This document shows, one piece after another, positions 19,109-28,222 of a DNA stretch of 64,000 nt. This DNA comes from a virus, in the IMG/VR virus record IMGVR_UViG_3300037311_000293. The stretch is one strand, 5' to 3'. The notes under the pieces are model-generated. The model worked only from the letters and a program-made list of their open reading frames with translations. It did not search any database and was not told where the DNA came from. Within the stretch, counting starts at the first letter, position 1. Every line of letters starts with the position of its first letter. The position numbers and the translations under genes were made by a program.

Positions 19109-19528
19109 TCAGACCTCTCGGATCCCGCTGTAGTCAGGGCGCTCACTCTTGTACAGAGAAGTGTGGTAGCGCCGGACCTGTTGAGTGAGCTCACGTCGGA
19201 TGTGTTTCCGGAAGAGCTTTGTCGCGCGTTGCAACGTGGTTCGCATCTTATCCTTCGAGACCAGGCCGCTGATCTTGAACTTCTTGAGGAACCACGCGGT
19301 TCCAAGATCGATGTCGAAGCCGGTCTTCGGGATGTGAAGAACCCCGACGCTGGCGTACGTCGTGTTGATGCTGGTACTGATGGCAACGACACAAGCGAAC
19401 TCGCCGGCCCTGCCGATGTAGCCGTACTTCAAGCCGTACTCACCCGAAGGCGCGCTGGTATCGAGATCACAGATGTCTTCGGCGCCGAACGTACGGAGCT
19501 GCGTCGCTGTCTTGTAGACCCACTTCAT
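19109..19528 (-). CDS. hypothetical protein
   Basis: Start MKWVYK at a TGATG overlap. Confidence 0.45.
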   Translation of the reverse strand: MKWVYKTATQLRTFGAEDICDLDTSAPSGEYGLKYGYIGRAGEFACVVAISTSINTTYASVGVLHIPKTGFDIDLGTAWFLKKFKISGLVSKDKMRTTLQRATKLFRKHIRRELTQQVRRYHTSLYKSERPDYSGIREV

Positions 19529-19917
19529 CAATCCTCCATCAAGAGCGCTAGGGCTCTGTTCACCGTTATCTCGGTCACGCGAAGCTCGTTGAGCCGCTTC
19601 ACCGCAGTACTCATGCGGATGTTGTCCCGTGCACCCGGACAACCCATCCATGCCTGTGCGGCATCAAGCACCTCGCGTTCTGCTTCGATCAAAGCCTTAG
19701 TGATCTCCGCTTTACTGCTTATAGCGGCATTCAGCTCGGCTTTGCGCGCCTCGGCCCGCTGCATCTCTGGCTCGGTGGCGTGGAGCTCGTGCTCTTGTAC
19801 GACGGTGTCGGTACCGCCGGGTAGAACAACGATCCAAGTATTAGGGCCCAGTCGACAGTAGACTTCTACCTGACCGAGCCCCGCTACCCAGCGCGTCTGG
19901 TTCTCTTCTACGCTCAT
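19528..19917 (-). CDS. hypothetical protein
   Basis: 129 aa; overlapping junctions. Confidence 0.45.
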   Translation of the reverse strand: MSVEENQTRWVAGLGQVEVYCRLGPNTWIVVLPGGTDTVVQEHELHATEPEMQRAEARKAELNAAISSKAEITKALIEAEREVLDAAQAWMGCPGARDNIRMSTAVKRLNELRVTEITVNRALALLMED

Positions 19918-20423
19918 CCTTCACGCGACTCCCAGAGGTCGGTTTTGTACAGCGCCGTGATCCACTCGAAGTTCTGAATACTCAATCGCTCGCGGAAGGC
20001 GACGCGCTCTTCTCTTCTGGTGTAAGCGACTCCGATCACCGATACACGATCGGCCGTCTTGGTAGATACACGAGCACGAAGACCACCTGTCGAGTGCCTC
20101 GACTCCCAACGCATCACACCGATGTCGGCGCGTAGACGTTGTCGTGCCAAGTCGACCCCTGGTGTGGACGTTGCCCAGGAATCGATCTCACGAAGCAACA
20201 TCTCGACAAGAGCGTGAACCTGCTCATCACTACGAGCGAAACGAGCAAGTGCCCAAACACGCCACTCCTCTCGAGTATTTTTCCAGATATCCTCGAACAT
20301 CTGGTCTGCTGAAGCGTCGAACCGCCAGTTCCATCCGACCTCCGAAATGGCCGCTTTGCACGCATGAGATCTTCTCAAGTTGTGCATCAACATCTTGAAG
20401 GCCTGAGCGAGCTCACTAGACAA
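19914..20423 (-). CDS. hypothetical protein
   Basis: 169 aa, co-directional. Confidence 0.4.
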   Translation of the reverse strand: MSSELAQAFKMLMHNLRRSHACKAAISEVGWNWRFDASADQMFEDIWKNTREEWRVWALARFARSDEQVHALVEMLLREIDSWATSTPGVDLARQRLRADIGVMRWESRHSTGGLRARVSTKTADRVSVIGVAYTRREERVAFRERLSIQNFEWITALYKTDLWESREG

Positions 20424-20727
20424 TGCCGGCCTCCTCCCTGGCTAGCAGACAGATCTCATAACCCGGTACCACGAGCTCCTTGCACGTCGCCGGTCGATTG
20501 GCGTAGATCGAACAACGAACACGGCCGCCGACAACACCGTCCAGCGCGATGCAGACCTGGACGCCTTGCTTGTTGGTCTTCGTTCGCAGAGGGATCAAGC
20601 CGTGGGAGGCTTTCTTGTGGAGCATCTCTTCTGGGATCAAGACTGACTCCTGCGGCGTGGCGTCGACGTGGGCATCGATGCCCCGCTCCGTGGTGCAGCA
20701 GGCGCCGCAGCGCTGGCAGTCCATCAC
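20416..20727 (-). CDS. YkgJ-like CxxCxxCC cysteine-cluster protein
   Basis: CQRCGACC...CIAL...CSIYANRPATC. Confidence 0.75.
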   Translation of the reverse strand: MMDCQRCGACCTTERGIDAHVDATPQESVLIPEEMLHKKASHGLIPLRTKTNKQGVQVCIALDGVVGGRVRCSIYANRPATCKELVVPGYEICLLAREEAGIV

Positions 20728-21143
20728 CGTAGCAGCCTCTTCAAGTCGACGTCACGCCCATCGCGCCGGGCGTACTGAAGGCTTTCGTAGACATGCATCC
20801 AGATACGACCGATGTGATGACCCACGACGTCTCGTGTATCCGAGAGATCTTGGATTGCCTCGGCGTAGCGTCCGCTCAGCGCGTGCTCGTGGGCACGATA
20901 GACCTTCGCCAGCGGATGGAGCTCGGCGACATCAGCCACTGGCACCACCCAGATGTGGTACTTCGAGCCATCTTCGTAGGTGCCCTCGAACTCGAAGGCA
21001 TCGACCGAACATGCACACGCCGCAGCAGCATCGCTGTCGTAGACCTTGTTGGTGTCGTCTCGCTGGACTTCGACGAAGCCTTCGGGGATTCCGGTCTTCT
21101 TGTTGTGCTCTTCGTTCACCAGAAGTGCGCCGTGCATCAGCAT
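20724..21143 (-). CDS. hypothetical protein
   Basis: 139 aa; SD GGAG. Confidence 0.5.
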   Translation of the reverse strand: MLMHGALLVNEEHNKKTGIPEGFVEVQRDDTNKVYDSDAAAACACSVDAFEFEGTYEDGSKYHIWVVPVADVAELHPLAKVYRAHEHALSGRYAEAIQDLSDTRDVVGHHIGRIWMHVYESLQYARRDGRDVDLKRLLR

Positions 21144-21152
21144 GATTGCTCC

Positions 21153-21584
21153 TCAGTATCTCAGGGCGCCGGTGTGCCAGCCTTCGATGAGTTGATCGAA
21201 GATGGCGTTCCAGCGCGCGGTTTCATTGCTGATGTCCTCGAGGTCGAACTCGATCTCAGCCTTCTTGGTCAACTTGGGCTTGGCCTCGACACGCCGCACA
21301 ACCGATGCGACGTGCATGTAGGTCACCGGCTCGCTGTACGTCGAGCCTTCCTCAATCCAGGTGTGGAGCTCCTCGAGCCTGTCTTCCTCAAGATCTTCGA
21401 CGGGGATGTAGTCGACGCCGATGTATATCAAGCAGTGACTCGGAGTCGTCTCGGCGCAGTACGTGTACTCCGCTGCGTCGTAAGCGTATACCCCGTAGAT
21501 CTCTTGTGTCAGCGATTTGACCTCGTCAGACCAGTGCTCGCGTTCCGGCAGTTTGATCAGATGGTAGTTGTGGTCCATCATCAA
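21153..21584 (-). CDS. hypothetical acidic protein
   Basis: 143 aa; biased codons. Confidence 0.5.
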   Translation of the reverse strand: MMMDHNYHLIKLPEREHWSDEVKSLTQEIYGVYAYDAAEYTYCAETTPSHCLIYIGVDYIPVEDLEEDRLEELHTWIEEGSTYSEPVTYMHVASVVRRVEAKPKLTKKAEIEFDLEDISNETARWNAIFDQLIEGWHTGALRY

Positions 21585-21835
21585 GCCTCAATGTCAGCGA
21601 TCGTCACGCGGACGCTGCTCGGGTCGTGTAACGAGCGGATGACATCGACTCTGTTGATGACAAAGCCGTACTCCCTGAGACGGTCGCTCTCGCGTTCGAA
21701 TGCGTAGCGCATCTTGGTCAGTACTCCCGGCGAGGCTGGCAAGCCCAAGTATTGCTCTGCGATCTTTACATACCTTTCTCTTACGTGGCCTTCGATCAGT
21801 GAATACACGAACTCGTAGATGATGGTCTTGAGCAT
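21581..21835 (-). CDS. hypothetical protein whose ATG overlaps the tRNA CCA end
   Basis: MLKTIIYEFVYSL...; the A of ATG (21835) is the terminal A of the tRNA. Confidence 0.45.
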   Translation of the reverse strand: MLKTIIYEFVYSLIEGHVRERYVKIAEQYLGLPASPGVLTKMRYAFERESDRLREYGFVINRVDVIRSLHDPSSVRVTIADIEA

Positions 21836-21909
21836 GGTAGGACCAGTCGGGATCGAACCGACGACAGCCGCCTTGTAAGGGCGGTGCTCTACCGCTGAGC
21901 TATGGTCCC
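21835..21909 (-). tRNA. trnV: tRNA-Val (anticodon UAC), CCA encoded
   Basis: 75-nt cloverleaf: GGGACCA/TGGTCCT acceptor, GCTC/GAGC D-stem, CCGCC-CTTACAA-GGCGG anticodon arm, GTCGG-TTCGATC-CCGAC T-arm, ACCA end. Confidence 0.95.
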
Positions 21910-22258
21910 AGATTCCCGCAGTACATCCTTTAGGGCGGGATCTCTTGTTTCCGGTGACGTGCTGTGTTGTTCCCTGAGTACCGTCAAGCGCACAGCAGAT
22001 CATGCTCACCAGCTACACGGGTCGTACTTGGTTCACGTGACGACCGAACGCCCGGATTCAAAGGGCACCAGATGCTTCCACCGCCGAGCCCGCAGGGCAA
22101 CGAAGAAGCCCTGACGTAGCTGCGCCGACACAGTGGGGGAGACGACCTCCGCCTTAGTGACGACTTGTCCCAGCAGCCATGGGACGGGCAGGAGCACTGG
22201 GACCAGTCCCAGTACTAGAAGGTGGATCATCCGTTCCCCGGCACCTTGCTACTGATGT

Positions 22259-22549
22259 TCATATGACCTTGGGGATGTCGTAGCCCAGCTTTGCGCCGAG
22301 CATCAAGACGATAGCTAGAGGTAGCTCGAAGCGGTCGTACTGGCCGTAGATGCCATCCTTGACCACGTTGCGCGCGAACACGATCCCAGGCGAGTACGCC
22401 ACAACATCGTAGTCATCGAAGATCTTGCGCGCCAAAGCGATGATCGGATCCCAAGCAGCGAAGAACAGGGCTTCGTCACGGGTCGCGTTTCCGCTTGGAA
22501 GACGTAGTGCCGGTGTTAGCTCACGCATTGCTGAAGGCTCCAACCTCAT
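22259..22549 (-). CDS. hypothetical protein
   Basis: Co-directional ORF. Confidence 0.4.
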   Translation of the reverse strand: MRLEPSAMRELTPALRLPSGNATRDEALFFAAWDPIIALARKIFDDYDVVAYSPGIVFARNVVKDGIYGQYDRFELPLAIVLMLGAKLGYDIPKVI

Positions 22550-22817
22550 CGACGATCATGATCGTACGACGCATGTAGTCATCGAACTTGGGGTGTTGCA
22601 GCGTCAGGCCCTTCACGCGAGCCAGATGACGCCAATGCAACCACGTAACCCACGGATGATACGGATACGACAACGGCCGCAGAGCAAGCTCCTGGCGACG
22701 CATGAGGCGGCGCGTCGACTTCTGCTGACCGTCTGCCGAGCGATTCTTGTTGTGTAGACGCTTCTGCGCCTTGCGGTGCCGCTTGAGCGCGGCGCGTTGT
22801 TGCGGTGTCAGCTTCAC
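22521..22817 (-). CDS. basic hypothetical protein
   Basis: Arg/Lys-rich, 98 aa. Confidence 0.4.
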   Translation of the reverse strand: MKLTPQQRAALKRHRKAQKRLHNKNRSADGQQKSTRRLMRRQELALRPLSYPYHPWVTWLHWRHLARVKGLTLQHPKFDDYMRRTIMIVDEVGAFSNA

Positions 22818-23185
22818 GCCCGGCTCCCAAGAATGGTGTTGAAGAACGCGACGTCACGACGGGCTTCCTCGAGCGCGCCAGCGATCGCCTGCTTGACGAT
22901 CCTAGATCCGACGTAGGGCTTGGTATCGCATCGCAGACTGTCGGACTCAAGTAGTGCAACCGTCTTGAGTGCGTTGTCCCGGCATGCTGTGATCCGACAC
23001 GGCAACGGGCGCTTGTCATCCACTGGCTTGAGCTCGTGACTACCAACCCAAACGAGTGAGTCCTTGAACTGCAACAGCGCGTCGCATGAGCCGAGAGGAC
23101 CGTAGGGCTCCCATTTCACGACGACACCGAGCTCACCACGGAATATGACCTCACGCCCGATCATGGGCGTAATGATAGGATCCAT
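22814..23185 (-). CDS. hypothetical protein
   Basis: 123 aa; SD GAGG. Confidence 0.45.
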   Translation of the reverse strand: MDPIITPMIGREVIFRGELGVVVKWEPYGPLGSCDALLQFKDSLVWVGSHELKPVDDKRPLPCRITACRDNALKTVALLESDSLRCDTKPYVGSRIVKQAIAGALEEARRDVAFFNTILGSRA

Positions 23186-23792
23186 CTGACCTCGTGAAAG
23201 CGCTGATGATCTTGCTCACCGGAACGTGAACATGCACGATGTCTGCGGCGTGCTGAAGTTGCGCGTTGAACTTTGGCAGAAACACGGCGTTGTAGAAGGC
23301 CGGGTCGGCCTTGCGGCCAGGCAAGTCGTCGAGCACCAGAGCATGAGCCCAGCAGGTGACGGCCACGGAGCACGCGACGCCAGAATGCCGACCCGCGAAT
23401 GAATCGGCAGCGAGAATCACCGCCTTGTGTGCGTAGAAGTGCGGGGACCATGAAAGATCGAGGTAGCTGGTCTTCACCAGACGATGCAGATCGTCGCGGT
23501 TATAGTTCCCCGTCATCCAGCGACGAAAGGCCCCGAGCAACTCCTCGGCGTAGGGCTCGAGGCGATCTTCGAGCTCACCGAGCAACTCAGAAAGAGCTGC
23601 GGCGCGGGGAAGGTCGATCTCAGCCTGCCGTGCAAGCCACATCAACCAGTCACCCCTGGGGCATGTTTCCCACACGCCGGCAAGGGTGATGTTGTCGTCT
23701 TGCTGCTTGACCCACATCAGGGCTTCGTTGCATGCGTGTATTCTGATCAAGAGCTCGATCAGTTCGTCGCGCTTACCGAGAATGGCAGTCAT
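23151..23792 (-). CDS. hypothetical protein
   Basis: ACNEALMWV...WETCPRGDWLMWL helical pattern. Confidence 0.5.
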   Translation of the reverse strand: MTAILGKRDELIELLIRIHACNEALMWVKQQDDNITLAGVWETCPRGDWLMWLARQAEIDLPRAAALSELLGELEDRLEPYAEELLGAFRRWMTGNYNRDDLHRLVKTSYLDLSWSPHFYAHKAVILAADSFAGRHSGVACSVAVTCWAHALVLDDLPGRKADPAFYNAVFLPKFNAQLQHAADIVHVHVPVSKIISAFTRSDGSYHYAHDRA

Positions 23793-24427
23793 GTCTCGAT
23801 GTCCTTTCGGATCTCACCTGTGATGAGGTCGTAGATCGGGTTCTTCTTGAGGTGCTCGGCGATGGCCTTGTCCTCCCAGAGATGGCGACGCGCCATCAGA
23901 TCGGCGTAGTCCTTCCTGATCTTCTTGTCTTCATCAGTCTCCGGGTACTTGTCCGAGAACGTTTGCGTCCCTGCCCAGTTCTTGGCGTTCTTCACAGCAC
24001 GGGCGCGCAACGCCGGAAGACCCTCGATGCTGAAGCGCAGCTTCATTCTGATCCGCTTGTTCGACGGCCGCTCCACTGCGCTGCGCCTCAGGTGCTTGGC
24101 GTACCAGTGGGTGTTGATCACCTTCCTAGACACCCGAATCACATCTCGGGCACTCCAGGTGGCACCAGTCAACACGCTCCAAGGATCCACTGCGTCAAGA
24201 ACAGCAGGTGACTTGTGAGCGATGAGCCCGGTTTCGACGTGAAGAATGATCGCGAGATTCGGAAGGCTCACTGGGACTGTGGTGTGCGACAGCCCATGAT
24301 GGCTGTCGGTGGCCTCGATCAGCTTCCAATGCAGCGGTGTGGCCGAGAACCGTTGCGCGTCGGCGTGAAGCGCAGCGTTGATTTCCAGTGCCGTGAGGCA
24401 CTTGGCATAGAGCTTTGCTGTAGACAT
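23789..24427 (-). CDS. hypothetical protein
   Basis: First gene after a CCTATCAG motif; SD GGAGG. Confidence 0.55.
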   Translation of the reverse strand: MSTAKLYAKCLTALEINAALHADAQRFSATPLHWKLIEATDSHHGLSHTTVPVSLPNLAIILHVETGLIAHKSPAVLDAVDPWSVLTGATWSARDVIRVSRKVINTHWYAKHLRRSAVERPSNKRIRMKLRFSIEGLPALRARAVKNAKNWAGTQTFSDKYPETDEDKKIRKDYADLMARRHLWEDKAIAEHLKKNPIYDLITGEIRKDIET

Positions 24428-24440
24428 GATCCTCCACAGC

Positions 24441-24448
24441 CTGATAGG
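24441..24448 (-). promoter_or_regulatory. recurrent motif CCTATCAG
   Basis: Upstream of GGAGG and ATG at 24427. Confidence 0.55.
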
Positions 24449-24457
24449 CCAGGATTC

Positions 24458-24949
24458 CTAGGACTTTGCCCGGTCAGGCGTCATCAGTTCGTAGGGCAGA
24501 TACAACGGGTGCCGGGGCTCGCCGTCTTTCGTACGCGCCAAGGCATACGTAGCGCTGCCGCATCCCAGTGTATCGATCATCTCGTTGATCTCTCTGCTGC
24601 GCCCGAGGAAGCTACCATGAGCTCCCCATGCCAAGACAGTGTGGTGGCAGGCGCCGAGCGTCCACGAGATCCAGGCGTCGTTGTCGGGACCGATGGGTTC
24701 CGGGCTGCGCTTGAGGTCTTTGGGATCTGTGGCGCGGAAGGCGAAGAGGTTGGCCACAGCAATGCCGCCGTAGCCACCACGGCGGGCAAATCCCATGCAC
24801 TTGCCGATGGTGGGGTCGTCGACCTCAGCATCTGCCGTGCTGGGGTTCAGCATGATCCACCCGAGTTGGGGAAGCGTCCCATCCCACACACGGGTGAGGC
24901 TGTAGCGGTACATGCCCGTAGGTGAGAGATGGGCCGTCTTCTTGATCAT
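24458..24949 (-). CDS. DUF1643 family protein
   Basis: YRYSLTRVW, IMLNPSTAD...DDPT, NLFAFRATDP.DL, VLAWG, G.PRHPLY. Confidence 0.85.
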   Translation of the reverse strand: MIKKTAHLSPTGMYRYSLTRVWDGTLPQLGWIMLNPSTADAEVDDPTIGKCMGFARRGGYGGIAVANLFAFRATDPKDLKRSPEPIGPDNDAWISWTLGACHHTVLAWGAHGSFLGRSREINEMIDTLGCGSATYALARTKDGEPRHPLYLPYELMTPDRAKS

Positions 24950-25362
24950 ACCGTTCCTGGTAGTTTGGGTTGGAGCTTGAACCGCTTGAGCGTCGCCATC
25001 TTCTTGGCGTGCTCTGCCTGCTGCTTGTACACCGGATTGAGATTGATGCGCGCCGGACGCTTGACGAACTCGGCAAGGCGCTTCCTGGCTTCCTCGGATT
25101 CGTTATCGATCGCACGATCCAAGAACGGCATCATCTTGTCGCAGAACTCCTGGTAGGCCGCGATGGCCGGATCCTGCGTCGCCTTCTCCTCGTGCAGACC
25201 AACGATGCTTTGCACCAGAGCTCGAGTACTGAGGATCTCGGCTTGTGTGCGCTGGAGGCGGACCAAAACGAAGAGGGTCTCCAATGGGCTACCGCGACGA
25301 GGGATGCCTTGGTACTTGTCGTACCACATCGACGACAGCCCCCAGCCCATCGGAGACCTCAT
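24946..25362 (-). CDS. putative tail assembly chaperone C-terminal (gpT-like) segment
   Basis: Lies in the -1 frame of the upstream gene directly after the slippery heptamer A AAA AAT. Confidence 0.45.
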   Translation of the reverse strand: MRSPMGWGLSSMWYDKYQGIPRRGSPLETLFVLVRLQRTQAEILSTRALVQSIVGLHEEKATQDPAIAAYQEFCDKMMPFLDRAIDNESEEARKRLAEFVKRPARINLNPVYKQQAEHAKKMATLKRFKLQPKLPGTV

Positions 25363-26252
25363 CCATTTTTTACGAAGTCTGCCGTGAACATCTTGCGGAC
25401 GCGCATGTCGAACCAGCCGGCATGCACGCTGATCGCATGGATGAGCGGCATCGGCATCAGCCGGAAGATCTCGTACTTCTTCTGGAACACGGCCTCGTTG
25501 AACTCACGGTCGTAGCCTTCACCGATGAGATGCGCCGGCTGCTTGGTCTGGTTGATCTGAGCGACCGCGGCGACCACGGTGGCGATGCCGTAGATCTCCG
25601 ACGCCAGACGGTCGATGCGCGGGTCCTTCTGCGCCATATTGAAGATCCAGAGCCGGATGGCCTGGTGCTCCAAGCTGTTGATGGTGCGGAACTGGACCTT
25701 CAAGCGACCAGGGATGATGTCCACCCACTGGGTGAACTCGCTGTTCGCCATACCGTCGGCGAAGTCGATCTCCGATGCTCGGGCTTCTGCGGCAGCGCGC
25801 TCCTTGTCGTTGTTGATCACGTCGTTCTGAACGCTGCGCATCAGGCGCTCGAGCTCGAAGTCGTCGAGACGATCGATGTCTTCTTCGAGCTTCTTCTTGG
25901 GCTCGGGCTTGTCTTCCTTCTCAGTGGTCTCCACGACTGGCTCCTTCTTCAGTTGCTCACGGCTGGCTTCAGCCGTGGCGCGTAGCACTTCGATGGTCTG
26001 CGGACTCAGGGCGGCGGGGGCTGCTGCATCGGGCTGCGACGTCGCTACCCGCTGGGCCTCCGCAATCTGGGCGATGGTCATAGGACGGTCCTTGCCGGGC
26101 TTGTAGGCCTCGTTGGCGGCCAGGAGGTCCCCAATGGGCGCCTTGGCCTTCCTGGAGGCCTCAGCACGCGCCTTGATGCCGTCGCTGTACTTCTTGAGCT
26201 CAGGGTCCGTGCTGGGGTCGATTCCACCGACTCCGATAGGATCTTTCTTCAT
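25359..26252 (-). CDS. putative tail assembly chaperone (gpG-like)
   Basis: Start revised to MKKDPIG; ends FVKNG* across A AAA AAT; helical C-terminal domain. Confidence 0.45.
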   Translation of the reverse strand: MKKDPIGVGGIDPSTDPELKKYSDGIKARAEASRKAKAPIGDLLAANEAYKPGKDRPMTIAQIAEAQRVATSQPDAAAPAALSPQTIEVLRATAEASREQLKKEPVVETTEKEDKPEPKKKLEEDIDRLDDFELERLMRSVQNDVINNDKERAAAEARASEIDFADGMANSEFTQWVDIIPGRLKVQFRTINSLEHQAIRLWIFNMAQKDPRIDRLASEIYGIATVVAAVAQINQTKQPAHLIGEGYDREFNEAVFQKKYEIFRLMPMPLIHAISVHAGWFDMRVRKMFTADFVKNG

Positions 26253-26259
26253 GCGTAGG

Positions 26260-26288
26260 AGAATACATAGAGAATACAAAGCCGTCAA
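26260..26288 (-). promoter_or_regulatory. sigma70-type promoter TTGACG-N17-TATTCT, 7 nt before ATG at 26252 (leaderless)
   Basis: Near-consensus -35 and -10 with 17-nt spacing; no SD. Confidence 0.65.
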
Positions 26289-26297
26289 CGCAGCAAA

Positions 26298-26320
26298 GGA
26301 ATAGGTACGTTACCTATTCC
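26298..26320. terminator. 10-bp-stem hairpin
   Basis: GGAATAGGTA-cgt-TACCTATTCC, followed by TTT on the minus strand. Confidence 0.5.
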
Positions 26321-26480
26321 AGTGATCAGCCCTTGACGACTTCCGCCATCGTCTTCTTGATCTCTGTTCCGTTCAGCCATGTCCAGCAGAACTCGCAGCG
26401 CCTACTACACACCGGCATGCTGGTGCTGTGCACTGGATACAGCACGACCGCACCGCACTTACGGCACAGCGGATGCAGCG

Positions 26481-26941
26481 TCACGGCTTCAGGCTCTCGA
26501 TGTAGTCCCAGAGGCCAGCGCTGAAGCCACTGATGCCTTCTGCCCAGGACGAAGACATATCGGCTTCGTAGTCGGCGACGATTTCGGCGGTGACGTCGTT
26601 ACCACCGGCGTCCAAGAAGGTGACGACGTACGAGCGGTCTTCGGCGAGCGCTGCGGTGAAGATCACTAGCGACCGGTTGCCCCGTGCGTAGGTCCAGGCA
26701 CTGTATGCGCAAACACCGTAGACCTCCATGTCCTTCAGCCTATCGGCGTATCTCATGGCGACGTGCAACGGGGCGTCGAGGGTATCCCCGCTGTCGTCAG
26801 CATGAGCACGTCTTGGTTGCCGCGACGACCATAGATCTCAACTATGCGGTCGCCGTGTTGAATGATGCGCTGCGCGGCTTTGGCATCGGGTTTCGCAGAG
26901 TCGAAGGCTCTACGCCACTCCGGCAACACCACATCCGTCAT
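26481..26941 (-). pseudogene. paralog of 26938-27411, split by a frameshift at the C4 run 26786-26789
   Basis: ORFs 26753-26941 and 26481-26768 fuse if one G is added; the fused product aligns by eye with the neighbour (VLP.WR..F, LAEDRSY, D.TAE...EAD). Confidence 0.55.
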
Positions 26942-27411
26942 CCTGCCCTCCGCTTCTCGACCAGATCCCAGAACGTATCGCCAGTGCTTTTGGCTCCCCT
27001 GTCCCAGGGAATCCCGGTGTCTGCTTCGAACGCCGCCGCGACCTCAGCAGTGATGTCCTTCCCCTTGAAGTCTCGGAGCACGGCGCGGTACGACCTGTCC
27101 TCGGCGAGACCAGCGATGGAGAGCACCATGTCGCTTCCACCGCCATCTTGCCTGCGGACGCGTGCGCAGTGGTACACCGCAGTGATTTCGACGCCGCTAA
27201 GATCTGCCTTGGTCGTCATGAGGTCCATGATCGGACCCGCCATCCCAGGTGCCGCCGACGCCGTGGCTACCGACACATCGGCGCCTTTTCTGAGTCCGAG
27301 GAACTGAGTCGTATAGACCGCCAGGTTGGGGATCTTCCGCAACAGCACCTCTTCCAGCGTGCCGAAGTACAGGCGCCACGGTATCGGCAACACCGCCACC
27401 ACGACGTTCAT
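26938..27411 (-). CDS. hypothetical protein (LAEDRSY family)
   Basis: Start revised to MNVVVAVLP at an ATGA overlap. Confidence 0.55.
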   Translation of the reverse strand: MNVVVAVLPIPWRLYFGTLEEVLLRKIPNLAVYTTQFLGLRKGADVSVATASAAPGMAGPIMDLMTTKADLSGVEITAVYHCARVRRQDGGGSDMVLSIAGLAEDRSYRAVLRDFKGKDITAEVAAAFEADTGIPWDRGAKSTGDTFWDLVEKRRAG

Positions 27412-27854
27412 CGGTAGCCTTCGGGAAGGAAGACGGCGTCGCCATCGCAGGGCAGGCGAAGAAGCCTGACGATGCGACCGGCTTCGATCTCGGCGACGAC
27501 GGCTTGGCCGACACCATCGCTGAGCCGCGTGACTCCGAGGAAGCGGTGGAGGTCGACCAAGCACTTGGCAAGCCGACCCTCCGGCACAACGTGGTCTTGT
27601 GCCGACATCAGCGCCTTCCCCGTCAGCAGGTACATCACAACGCTTTGGTTCAGGCCGCCGCCGTAGTACAGAGCGATCTCGAGAGCCATGTGGTTCTCGG
27701 AAAACGACAGATCGATGGCCTTGATTCGCCCGATTCGTGATTCAGACATATCTCTCCAGGTGTTGCAGACCAAACACCCCAGGACTCCCCTGGGGTGATG
27801 GATGTGGTCAGTGACTTCGCGGCATCTGGGACACCGCTCTTTGTGTGCGATCAT
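27408..27854 (-). CDS. Zn-ribbon hypothetical protein
   Basis: CPRC...CLVC; ATGA overlaps. Confidence 0.45.
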   Translation of the reverse strand: MIAHKERCPRCREVTDHIHHPRGVLGCLVCNTWRDMSESRIGRIKAIDLSFSENHMALEIALYYGGGLNQSVVMYLLTGKALMSAQDHVVPEGRLAKCLVDLHRFLGVTRLSDGVGQAVVAEIEAGRIVRLLRLPCDGDAVFLPEGYR

Positions 27855-28222
27855 TTCGTACCCGGCCACTGACCGGTCTCGATGTAGACCTGCGCAGCCG
27901 TGGTCCACGAGCTCGGCATGAAGTACTTGTTGATGTAGCGGTAGACCATCAAGGCGTCGTACAGCTCCTTGGTCTCGTGCATCAGGAACAGCAGTTCCCG
28001 GCACGGCTGTGCGCGATGGACACCGTAGATCGCGGCACCACGCAACGCGGCATCGACGGAGGACCCGCCGTACGACGCGACTACGACCTGGAACTCCGGG
28101 CCCAGTGTCGTCGGACTCGGCTCGGTGTAGAGGCCGACACGAATGATCTTGGCATCCGGCATGTGGCCGATGCAGTAGCCCATGAACACGCCGCGCTCGG
28201 GGCGTCCTTTCTTCTGCTTCAT
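27851..28222 (-). CDS. hypothetical protein
   Basis: Start MKQKKG. Confidence 0.45.
   Translation of the reverse strand: MKQKKGRPERGVFMGYCIGHMPDAKIIRVGLYTEPSPTTLGPEFQVVVASYGGSSVDAALRGAAIYGVHRAQPCRELLFLMHETKELYDALMVYRYINKYFMPSSWTTAAQVYIETGQWPGTK

Noticed and set aside
21910-22030. Possible second tRNA or promoter upstream of tRNA-Val
   Set aside because: Only a weak hairpin and a TTGACG with no -10 at 17 nt; no T-loop.
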